This document shows positions 39,966 to 49,141 of a DNA stretch of 64,000 bases, one piece after another; the stretch's first letter is position 1, and each line of letters begins with the position of its first letter. The notes beneath the pieces are model-generated. The model did not search any database. It saw only the letters and a list, made by a program, of their open reading frames with translations, and had not been told where the DNA came from. The stretch comes from Thermoanaerobaculia bacterium (lineage in GTDB: Bacteria; Acidobacteriota; Thermoanaerobaculia; Multivoradales; Multivoraceae). The translations under genes were made by a program, and so were the position numbers. The stretch covers positions 1,088,001 to 1,152,000 of the forward strand of contig OY761158.1 of the NCBI GenBank assembly GCA_963664405.1. The letters are read 5' to 3'.

Positions 39966-42430
39966 GTCTCTGACCTCCGCATACGAAAGGGCGGGCTACG
40001 AACGATACCGACAATGATAGACGACCAGCTGTAATTATCCGATTCCGCGGCGCGGGTGACGGCCCTGACCGTGGGGCGGTCGTAGTAGGCGGGCGCTCGC
40101 CCAACCGCGTAGGCGAGAAGCTTTTCGACGGTGGTAGTGACGAATTGTTCTCTTTGCTCGAGGAGGAGCGTCCGTAGACCGGTGGGTCCCTCGAACCGGG
40201 TGCCGTCGGGCATATTGCCGGACGCGTCGATCGGCAGGCCCGCCTCTCCCGCGGTCCTCCAGGCACCGGTCGCATCGTAGTTTTCCAGCGCGAGGCCGAG
40301 CGGATCCATCGGCGCGTGGCAAGCCGCACAGGCGGGGCTCTCCCGATGTCGCTTCAGCCGATCGCGCACTGTCGCCGCCCGGCCGTCTTCGCCGCGCGCG
40401 GGAAGATCCGGCACGTCGGCGGGCGGAGGAGCCGGCGGAGCTCCGAGGATGTTGGTCAGTACCCACTTTCCTCTGAGTACCGGCGAGGTGCGGTTCGGAT
40501 AAGAGGTTGCGGTGAGCACGCTGCCGTGCCCGAAAATGCCGCCTCTACGCTCGCGCAGCTCCGCGTCGAGCGGCACGCGACGGAAGTGGCTACCCTGGAC
40601 GTTGGAGATGCCGTAGTGCCGGGCAAGTCGCTCGTTGACGAAGGTGTAGTCAGCATCGAGGAGGTCGAGCACACTGCCGCCGTCGCGCACGAGGCTGTCG
40701 ATGAAGAGCTCAGTCTCTTCCAGGAAGGCGTCACGGAGATTCTCGTCCCACTCCGGAAAGATGACCGAGTCCGGCACCACACCGGCAAGGTTGCGCAGAT
40801 TGAGCCATTGGCCGGCGAAGTTGCGCCCCAGCGCTTTGGAGCGGGGATCCGCAAGCATCCGGCGAGTCTGTTGCTCGAGCACCGCCGGATCGTCGAGCTT
40901 GCCGCGCTCCGCCAGATCGAGCAGCTCGTCGTCGGGGATACTGCTCCACACGAAGAAGGAGAGCCGCGAAGCGATCTCGAGATCGCTGAGCGGATACGCG
41001 ATTGCCGGCGCAACTCCCGGTGGATCGCGCTCGATCCGAAACAGGAAGTCGGGCGAGATCAGCACACGCTCGAGCGCCAGCTGGACACCGCTGTCAAAAC
41101 CGCCGGCATCTCGCCCGGCGCGAAAAAAACTCATCAGTGTGGCGAGGTCTGCCTGGTCGATCGGGCGCCGATACGCACGCCGCGCCAGCGACGAAAGTAC
41201 CTCGCTGGCGCAAGCTTCCTGGTGAGCTGCCGCACCACTCTCCGGCCGGCAAGTGAACACCCGACGGCGGCTGGGCGTCGTGCCAGGCCCCTGGCTCGCA
41301 TAGGGTCCACGAATCGCCACTCTTTCGACGTCCCCATTCCCGTCGCGATTCTCGTTCACTGCGGCCGCGAACGCGCTCTGTCGTGGCTGAAGTACACCCT
41401 CGGGCTCGGTGAAGCGGCGCACGAAGGAGACACCAACCTGGTGGGGTCCCGCCGTCGCCGGAAAGCGGACGCGCATATTGGCATCGGCGAAGAGCATGTA
41501 CTCCTCCCACTCCGGATCACCGAACTGGTTGCCCCCGTAGCTCGCCGGCGCCTGCAGAACATCAGGCTCCTCGCCGCCGAAGGCGAAGGCCTGGACCCGC
41601 TCGCCGTCGAGTCGGACCTCCAGCTGGTGACGGGACCCCATGCCGCGCACGTAGTTCACGTAGCTCCGATGGAGACGGATCTCGAGGTCATATTCGCCGT
41701 CAACCTGGAAGTAATGGCGAATCGCGATGCCGCCTCGCGAACCGAAAGGTAGCTCCTCGCTCATGCGGTCGTCCTGCTGCAACAAGATCGGCACGTCGTA
41801 GGTCTCGGTGACCGGACCCACCGGGACCTCGCCCACCACAAGCCGTCCGATCTTTCGTGCCGCCGAGAGGTAGCGCTCCATCAAGACCGGGGAGACCGTC
41901 AGCACTTCGGCCATATTGTCGAAGCCGTGCTCGTCGATGTCATCGCCTGGCAAAAGCGCGGCGACGTCGACCTCGAGCGCCAAGAGGTCGCGAATCGCAT
42001 TGGCGTACTCGGTGCGGTTGAGCCGATGGAAGGTCTCGGTACGTCCCGGATCGAGATCCCCGGCTGCACTCCGATCGATCTCGGACTCGAGCCAAGCGGC
42101 GACCTGGTCGTAGGTCTCGGCGGGCGGACGAGGCCGTCCGATCGGTGGCATCCCCCGCGTGCGCAGCTTGGCCGCCACTTTCTCCCAGACCTCCGCCTGC
42201 TCCCCCACCCGAGACAGCTCTCGGTCCTCGAGGATGAGGTCGGCCTGGTGGAGACGAGTGCCGTGACAGCTGGTGCAGTAGCGAGAAAGCGTCGACTGAA
42301 GGAGCTCGACCTCGGGCGGTGGTTGCCCGACGACTGACGAGGCGTTGAAGAACGAAAGAAGCGCCGCCGCCAGCATCAACGGCCGCCGGACAAAAATCGA
42401 CCGCCGGCCAAGGCCAAGCAACACGGTCAT
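39962..42430 (-). CDS. DUF1592/DUF1588 domain cytochrome-c-like protein
   Basis: CTSCH, RLNRTEYANAIRDLL, SRLSFF.WSS.PD, TSPVLRGKW and CAACH. Start uncertain (42430-42460). Confidence 0.9.
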   Translation of the reverse strand: MTVLLGLGRRSIFVRRPLMLAAALLSFFNASSVVGQPPPEVELLQSTLSRYCTSCHGTRLHQADLILEDRELSRVGEQAEVWEKVAAKLRTRGMPPIGRPRPPAETYDQVAAWLESEIDRSAAGDLDPGRTETFHRLNRTEYANAIRDLLALEVDVAALLPGDDIDEHGFDNMAEVLTVSPVLMERYLSAARKIGRLVVGEVPVGPVTETYDVPILLQQDDRMSEELPFGSRGGIAIRHYFQVDGEYDLEIRLHRSYVNYVRGMGSRHQLEVRLDGERVQAFAFGGEEPDVLQAPASYGGNQFGDPEWEEYMLFADANMRVRFPATAGPHQVGVSFVRRFTEPEGVLQPRQSAFAAAVNENRDGNGDVERVAIRGPYASQGPGTTPSRRRVFTCRPESGAAAHQEACASEVLSSLARRAYRRPIDQADLATLMSFFRAGRDAGGFDSGVQLALERVLISPDFLFRIERDPPGVAPAIAYPLSDLEIASRLSFFVWSSIPDDELLDLAERGKLDDPAVLEQQTRRMLADPRSKALGRNFAGQWLNLRNLAGVVPDSVIFPEWDENLRDAFLEETELFIDSLVRDGGSVLDLLDADYTFVNERLARHYGISNVQGSHFRRVPLDAELRERRGGIFGHGSVLTATSYPNRTSPVLRGKWVLTNILGAPPAPPPADVPDLPARGEDGRAATVRDRLKRHRESPACAACHAPMDPLGLALENYDATGAWRTAGEAGLPIDASGNMPDGTRFEGPTGLRTLLLEQREQFVTTTVEKLLAYAVGRAPAYYDRPTVRAVTRAAESDNYSWSSIIVGIVRSPPFRMRRSET

Positions 42431-42520
42431 GAGCGTCTTCTTCTCACCGGGGGAACCCAAGTCTACAGGTCATACCCCTTCCCGAGTCAAAAAGGTGCCA
42501 TGTTCCAGATCCTCGTAGGC

Positions 42521-43274
42521 CCGTCGCAGCTCGGCCTGCGTGTTCATGACGACGCGCAGCCTCTCTCTCACCGACCCTGGAACGACCCTCTACGAGAGAG
42601 TCGCCACCACCTTGAGCGACCTGCGCGACGCCGAGGCGGCCGCGTCTCACCAGCAGCGAACGCCGCAGGGCCGGCTCAAGATCAGCCTACCGGTGTCCTT
42701 CGGTAGTCGCGTGGCGGCCAAGCCTCTCCTCGAATTGGCGCAGGAGTACCCCGATCTCGATCTCGATCTCGTCTTCAGCGATCGATTCGTCGACTTGGTG
42801 GGCGAGGGCTTCGATCTCGCCGTCCGCATCGGCTCCTTGGCAGATTCGAGCATGATCGCGCGGCGACTGTGTACTACTCGCAGGATCGTGTGCGCTGCTC
42901 CCGTCTACCTCGAGGGACGCAAAGCCCCCCGCGAGCCCTCCGATCTGCTCGAGCACGAATGCCTGATCTACTCCCAACAGGTCGACGGCTCCGCTTGGCG
43001 ATTTGCCGTTGGGGTCACGGTCAACGCGCGAGGAAGGGTCCGCGCCAATTCCGGCGATGCTCTCCTCGCGTCGGCAGTGGCGGCGATGGGCGTGGCGTGG
43101 CTCCCCGACTTCTACGTCCACGACGCTCTTGCCGACGGCCGCCTCGTGCCTCTTCTCGAAGACTATGAGGCCGATCCTCTCGGGATCTGGGTCCTCTACC
43201 CCGATCGCCGCCACCCGAGCCTCAAGCTGCGCCTGGCGATCGAGGCTCTCACAGAGGCTATGGCACAAGGGTAG
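42521..43274 (+). pseudogene. LysR-type regulator lacking the N-terminal HTH
   Basis: TTRSLSLT..GRLKIS..VDLVGEGFDLAVRIG substrate-binding domain; only an out-of-frame QLGLRV remnant lies upstream. Confidence 0.75.
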
Positions 43275-43397
43275 ATCCCAGCGCTCAGCACGAAGCGTTC
43301 ATTGCAATGCTCGAAGGACCAAAGAGCTAAGCTCCGCCCGGTCGTAACGCAGTAGCCGCCTCGCTGCTCGGGTACGGGGTAATATCGGTCGCGACCC

Positions 43398-44903
43398 ATG
43401 GAACGCCCGATCCCTCTTACCGCCATACGGCGCACCTCGGCTTTCGCGATCTGGGGCATAGCGCTCGCGAGGCTCTTCCTCATCGAACCGGCCGCGGCGG
43501 ACTCGAAGGCTATGCCGGCGGTGATCGAGTCGGTGAGAACCTCCGATCGCGAGAGTCTCAGCGCCCTGATCGCCAAAGGAGTCGATGTCGACGAGGCCCA
43601 GGGCGACGGCGCCACCGCTCTTCAGTGGGCAGCTCACCGCAACGATCTCGCGGCTGCAACCCTCCTCGCCGAAGCCGGCGCCGCGGTCAACAAAGCCAAC
43701 GATCTCGGTGCGACGCCGCTATGGCTGGCGGCCGTCAACGGTAGCGCGCCAATGATCGAGCTGCTGCTCACGGCGGGCGCCGATCCCAACGTGTCACTCG
43801 AGATGGGAGAGACGCCGCTGATGGCGGCGGCTCGGTCGGGCAATGTAGACGCGGTTCGACTACTTGGCGATGGCGGCGCCGATCTCGATACCACCGAGCT
43901 CGAGCGCGGACAGACCGCCTTGATGTGGGCGGCCGCCCGGAAGAACGCCGCCGTGGTGAGGCACTTGATCGAGGTCGGCGCAGCACTCGGGCTTCACTCC
44001 AAGGTCTGGTACCAACTCGAGAACACGGCGGGCAATACCAACCCCTCGGCCAACTTCAAAATGGCGCACGGCGGTTCGACCGCGCTTCTCTTCGTCGCCC
44101 GCAATGGTGACGTCGACACTGCGCGAGCACTTCTCGACGCCGGCGCCGACATTGACGACACCGCGGCCTCCGGAACCAGCGCGTTGGTTGTGGCCGCACA
44201 CAGCGGCCACGTGCCCCTGGCGACCTATCTGCTCGAGCGCGGCGCCGATCCAAACGCCGCCGGTGCCGGCTACACTGCCCTTCACGCCGCGGTCCTTCGC
44301 GGCAAGGCCGATCTCGTAACCGAGCTCCTCGAGCACGGCGCCGATCCGAACGCGCCAGTTCGACACGGGACGCCTGGGCGGCGTTTCAGTGCCGACTACA
44401 GCATCCGTTCCCAGACGATCGGCGCCAACGCCTTCTGGCTGGCCGCGCAGTACGGCGAGCTCGAGATTCTTCGCTTGCTCGCCAAGGGCGGCGCCGACCC
44501 CTTCGTCACCAACGCAACCGGTGCGTCGGCACTGAAGGCGGCAATGGGCGGCAGCAGCGGAGCCGACAACCGACGCAACCGCGACGGCATCGTGAAAGAA
44601 GACGCCGGCATCGAGGAGGCGAGAACGCTCGAGATGGCCCGTTTCATCCTCGACCTCGGCATCGACGTCAACAAGGCCGACGCCGACAACAACACTCCAC
44701 TACACGACGCTGTGCGCCGACGCTTCGCTAAAGTCGTCGAGCTGCTGGCCGCCAACGGCGCCGACCTCGAAACCGCCAACGCGGCCGGTCAGACACCACT
44801 CTTCCTCGCCGAGACCCCTCAGTTGGTCCCCGGCACCAACTCGTTGAGCGCCACTCGCCCAAGGATCGCAGCAGCACTTCGGCGCCTCGGCGCCAAGACC
44901 TGA
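43398..44903 (+). CDS. Ankyrin-repeat protein
   Basis: Many G.T(P/A)L..AA..G..LL..GAD.N repeats. Confidence 0.93.
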   Translation: MERPIPLTAIRRTSAFAIWGIALARLFLIEPAAADSKAMPAVIESVRTSDRESLSALIAKGVDVDEAQGDGATALQWAAHRNDLAAATLLAEAGAAVNKANDLGATPLWLAAVNGSAPMIELLLTAGADPNVSLEMGETPLMAAARSGNVDAVRLLGDGGADLDTTELERGQTALMWAAARKNAAVVRHLIEVGAALGLHSKVWYQLENTAGNTNPSANFKMAHGGSTALLFVARNGDVDTARALLDAGADIDDTAASGTSALVVAAHSGHVPLATYLLERGADPNAAGAGYTALHAAVLRGKADLVTELLEHGADPNAPVRHGTPGRRFSADYSIRSQTIGANAFWLAAQYGELEILRLLAKGGADPFVTNATGASALKAAMGGSSGADNRRNRDGIVKEDAGIEEARTLEMARFILDLGIDVNKADADNNTPLHDAVRRRFAKVVELLAANGADLETANAAGQTPLFLAETPQLVPGTNSLSATRPRIAAALRRLGAKT

Positions 44904-44938
44904 GGCAGCCTTCGAGTGGCGTCGCGCAGGAGAGCTCG

Positions 44939-47212
44939 GTGAAGCACTGCCCACTGTGCGAGGCCTCCTACGAGGAAGGCGATCGCTGCCCGGTCGACGG
45001 AGCAACGCTACTTCGCGAAGCTCAGGGAGCCGACTCTCTGGTCGGCCGGATCCTCAACGACACCTACAAGATCGAGGAGGAGATCGGCGCCGGCGGCATG
45101 GGAACGGTCTATCGAGCCCTGCAAATCTCTCTCGACCGCCAGGTCGCGATCAAGGTTCTACAGTCGCAACTCTACGGGTCCTCGGAAGCGGTCAAGAGGT
45201 TCTTCCAGGAGGCGCGCACGCTCAGCGCGCTCAACCACCCCAACGTCGTCAGCGTCATTGACTTCGGCAACACCGAAGATGGGCTGATGTTCATCGTCAT
45301 GGAGCTGGTGCGCGGACGCCCGCTCGACGACTTCATTGTCGACTCCGGCAAGCTCGATGTCGGCGATGCTCTCGACCTGATGAGACAGGTCTGCGCCGGG
45401 GTCGGAGCGGCCCACCGCTCCGGTCTCGTCCATCGAGATCTCAAGCCCTCGAACCTTCTGGTCGCCGAAGCGGACGAAGGGGGCATCGGAACCGTCAAGG
45501 TCGTCGACTTCGGCATCGCCAAGGTGGTGGATGACGATCAGACCCAGCTCACTGGGACCGGCATGCTGATGGGCAGCCCGGGGTTCATCTCACCCGAGCA
45601 GATCGCGGGCGATAGCGAGGCCGACGCTCGATCCGACGTTTACGCTCTCGGCGCCATCCTCTACTTCATGCTGACCGGCTACCGCCCCTACGCCGGCACC
45701 ACCCCACCGGCGATCCTGGCCAAGCAACTGTCCACGCCGCCGGATCCGGACCGTGAGCCTCTGCGCAAATGGCCGGCGCTCGCCGACGTCGTACTGAAAT
45801 CGATGAACCGACAGCCCGGAGAGCGATATCAGAGCCCCGCGGAGCTTCTCGAGAGCCTGGAGGACGTCGTTGCGTCATCCAAGCACGAAACGCGTCCTAG
45901 AGTCCCGACTCTGCCACTCCCCACCGAAGTGCCAAGCTCGTCAGGCAGCCGAAGGTGGATCGGCACGCTGGCCGTTGTCAGCGTCCTCATCGTCATAATC
46001 GTTGCCTTCGGTTGGATCCAGATGCGGTCGCCCCAGGCAGCCCAGGAAGAGACCGCCGCAGAGCAAGACGGAGCGGCGAATGCCGGCTCCACCGCCCGCG
46101 GCGTGGCCACCGACCGCATTACGATAGGCATGAGCGCGGCCTTCTCGGGACCGTCCCGAGAACTGGGCCGCGCGATGCAGATCGGCATCCAGACTCGGAT
46201 CAAGGAGAGTAACGACAGCGGCGGTATCCACGGCAGAGAGGTCGAGCTCGTAGCTCTCGACGACGGCTACGAACCGAGCCGAGCGGTCGAGAATACGCTG
46301 GAGCTGCTCAACGAGCGGCAGGTTTTCGCGGTCGTCGGCAATGTGGGCACGCCCACCGCTGAGGTCACGGCGCCGCTGGTGGTCAACGACGGGACCCTCT
46401 TCTTCGGCGCCTTCACCGGTGCGGCGCTACTGCGGCAAGACCCTCCCAACAAATCGATCTTCAACTACCGGGCCAGTTACGCCGAGGAGGCCCGCGCCAT
46501 CGTCGCGTATTTTACCCAGATCAGGGGAGTCGAACCGAGCCGGATCGCGGTCTTTGCCCAGCAGGACGCCTTCGGCGACGCCGGCTACGATGGTGTCGTA
46601 AAGAGTCTTCACGCGGCAGGCCATGAGGGTTCTGTCCTTCGGGTCGGGTACCGGAGAAATTCACTCGAGCTCGCAGGAGCGGCAGAAGAGCTCCTGGCCG
46701 CCTCACCTGTGGTCGAAGCCGTGGTCCTGGTCGCTACCTATCGCGCCGCAGCGCGATTCATTGCTCTGGTGCGCGACGCTAGGCCGCAGATCCGACTCGC
46801 GAATCTGTCTTTCGTCGGCGGAGATGCCCTTGCCGAGGAGCTCAGAGAGCTGTGGCCCGGCTACCTCGAGGGTGTCATCGTGGCTCAGGTCGTGCCACCT
46901 CCCTGGTCAGACGAGCCGGGTGTCGTCCACTACCGCGAAAGCCTCGAGAAGTATTACCCCGCGGAGCGACCGAGCTTCGTATCCCTCGAGGGATACATCG
47001 TGGCAGCGATCTTCGAGCAGGGGCTGCGCCGGGCGGGTCCTCGGCTGACGACAAATACGCTCACCTCGGCGCTGGAGTCCATCGACAGCCTCGACCTCGG
47101 CTTCGGCGCCCCAATCTCCTTCGGCCCCGGTCGTCATCAGGCCGTGGATCGGGTGTGGGGAACAGTTCTGGACGCGGCGGGCAACTACAGCGGTCTCGAT
47201 CTGACGCCTTAG
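44939..47212 (+). CDS. Ser/Thr kinase-TM-periplasmic binding protein (LivJ-like) receptor
   Basis: N-terminal CPLC..CP, GAGGMG, VAIK, HRDLKPSN, DFG, a TM helix, then LDDGYEP/GNVGTP type-I binding-protein domain. Confidence 0.92.
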   Translation: MKHCPLCEASYEEGDRCPVDGATLLREAQGADSLVGRILNDTYKIEEEIGAGGMGTVYRALQISLDRQVAIKVLQSQLYGSSEAVKRFFQEARTLSALNHPNVVSVIDFGNTEDGLMFIVMELVRGRPLDDFIVDSGKLDVGDALDLMRQVCAGVGAAHRSGLVHRDLKPSNLLVAEADEGGIGTVKVVDFGIAKVVDDDQTQLTGTGMLMGSPGFISPEQIAGDSEADARSDVYALGAILYFMLTGYRPYAGTTPPAILAKQLSTPPDPDREPLRKWPALADVVLKSMNRQPGERYQSPAELLESLEDVVASSKHETRPRVPTLPLPTEVPSSSGSRRWIGTLAVVSVLIVIIVAFGWIQMRSPQAAQEETAAEQDGAANAGSTARGVATDRITIGMSAAFSGPSRELGRAMQIGIQTRIKESNDSGGIHGREVELVALDDGYEPSRAVENTLELLNERQVFAVVGNVGTPTAEVTAPLVVNDGTLFFGAFTGAALLRQDPPNKSIFNYRASYAEEARAIVAYFTQIRGVEPSRIAVFAQQDAFGDAGYDGVVKSLHAAGHEGSVLRVGYRRNSLELAGAAEELLAASPVVEAVVLVATYRAAARFIALVRDARPQIRLANLSFVGGDALAEELRELWPGYLEGVIVAQVVPPPWSDEPGVVHYRESLEKYYPAERPSFVSLEGYIVAAIFEQGLRRAGPRLTTNTLTSALESIDSLDLGFGAPISFGPGRHQAVDRVWGTVLDAAGNYSGLDLTP

Positions 47213-47225
47213 AAGCTCGCGATCG

Positions 47226-49141
47226 CTACCGCCTAACGCCGTCAGCCCTGACAAACTCGCCACTGCCCGCCAGAGGTGCAGATCCATAGCGCGATGGCTG
47301 CCAGTGCAGGGGAGTCAGATTGAAGCGGGCGAGAGAATGGCTGCCATCGGCCTGGCCCTCGTCGTGGTCATTGACGGAGAGTTGCAGCCGGAAAGCTGTC
47401 CATGGCTTGCCCTGGCGCTCGTCGAGCACGTCACCCGGTATTGCGATCTCCATGGAGTAGCCGCGCTCGGTGCGCACCGATGCGTCGAAATTGCGACTGC
47501 GGGTCTTCTCGAGAAAAGCGAGATTCTTGGTCGGCAATGCGGGTACCAGGGTCACCATTGCAATCGCACTCTTCACCATCCGACCGCTCTTGACGGCCTG
47601 AGAGGTCGTCTCGTTGAGACCGCGCTCCTCCTGCGTACCGGCATCGACTTCGACGGCGACGAAATCCTGCTGCTGCGTACCACGCTCGGACGATGAAAAG
47701 ACCGAGTCATCCCTTACGTCCACCGCAATATAGAGAAACTCTTCATCGTAGCTGAGCCCGAATCGATACGAGAGGTCTTCCGGCTCCAAGACGGGCCACG
47801 TCGGGTCACCCTGTGCGTTGACGGAGTAGGGCAGCTCCCCCCATTCGCCCAGGGCGCCATCCAATTGGACAGCGGTTGTCGCCCGCGAAACCTGGAATCT
47901 CTTTTGCGGAACAACAGGGACAGCGATGTCCTTGGCAACCGGATTCCCATTGACGGTCGTCGCCAGCGTCCACCTCGACATCCCGGCAGCAATCGAGGAG
48001 TTGAAGGAAAGGGGCGAGTCGGCCTCGAGAGCGATTTCCAAGCGCACACTCTTGCCCGGGTCGACGCTCATGGAATCCGTCGCTCCGCGCACCTCGAATC
48101 TCGGTGCATCGTCAAAGGACGGAGTCGCTACGAGCACTGCGTCGCCTGGATTGGCAATCTCCAGGGTCACGCGACCCCGGGTGAAGCTGTCGCCTCGCTC
48201 ATAGCTGGCAACCACAGTCACAGCGCTGTCGAGCTGAGCCACCGTGGCGAGACTCTCGGGAGTCGCGACCTCCTCACTGAGGATGCCACTGAGCAGCAGG
48301 TTGGCGATGCGAGGGCCTTCGTCGGTCATGCTCACCCAGGCGACGTGGTCGAACTCGCCATAGGCCGGTCCGCGGAGCGCGCTGCCGCCACCGGTGGTCG
48401 CCAGTGTGATGTAGCGCCGATCACGGCGAATGTGACGGGTGTAGCGGTGGAAGTGCCCGGCGAACACAGTGTAGTCGCGCGCTCCGAGCAACTCCTCCAC
48501 TCGCAGCCAGTCCTCGTCGATCGTAGGCAGATCCCAAAGAGGCTGATGGACCAGAACGATCGTCCAGCGCGGATCGGAGTTTTTCGCCAGCACCTTTTCG
48601 ACGAAAGCCATCTGCTCGGCCTGCGTCCACGGTCCCGGTACCGGCGTATCCTCCCTACCGACCATGCCGAAGAGCTCCGAGTTGAGCACCAGAAAGAGCA
48701 CGTCCTTGTAGAGGAAGTAGTAGTACGACGGGCCAAAGCGGTCCTGCCAGGTCCGGGCCATGACTGCGTTGTTCATGTCGTGGTTTCCGACCGCGTAGAA
48801 GAATGGCGTCTCCAACTCGGAGACGAAGCCCTCGATCTCGTCCCACTCTTTGTCGAGTTGCGCCTGATCTTCGGTATAGCCCTCGATGAGGTCGCCGACG
48901 CTGGTCACGAACGCGGGCTCGAGCAGGTTCACCCGCGGCATCGCGGAGGGAAAAACGCCTTCACGATGCCCCCCGGTGCGATCGGTCACGACCACGAAGT
49001 GGAAATCTTCAGGAGCATCGTTGACCGCGAGCGAGGTCCACGGCGTTGCGGCTCCCGCGTGCCAACGATGATGGGCTCCTCGCGCAGCTCGGAGCATCCG
49101 GCCAACAAGGCCGCCACCACGCAGGGGATAGTCGACCTCAT
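47226..49141 (-). pseudogene. Lipoprotein metallophosphoesterase with C-terminal CBM9-like domain, frameshifted
   Basis: D, GD, GNHD and GHFH calcineurin-like motifs. The signal/lipobox MRSTIPCVVAALLAGC (ATG 49141) is in a different frame from the catalytic ORF; shift near 49060. Confidence 0.72.
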
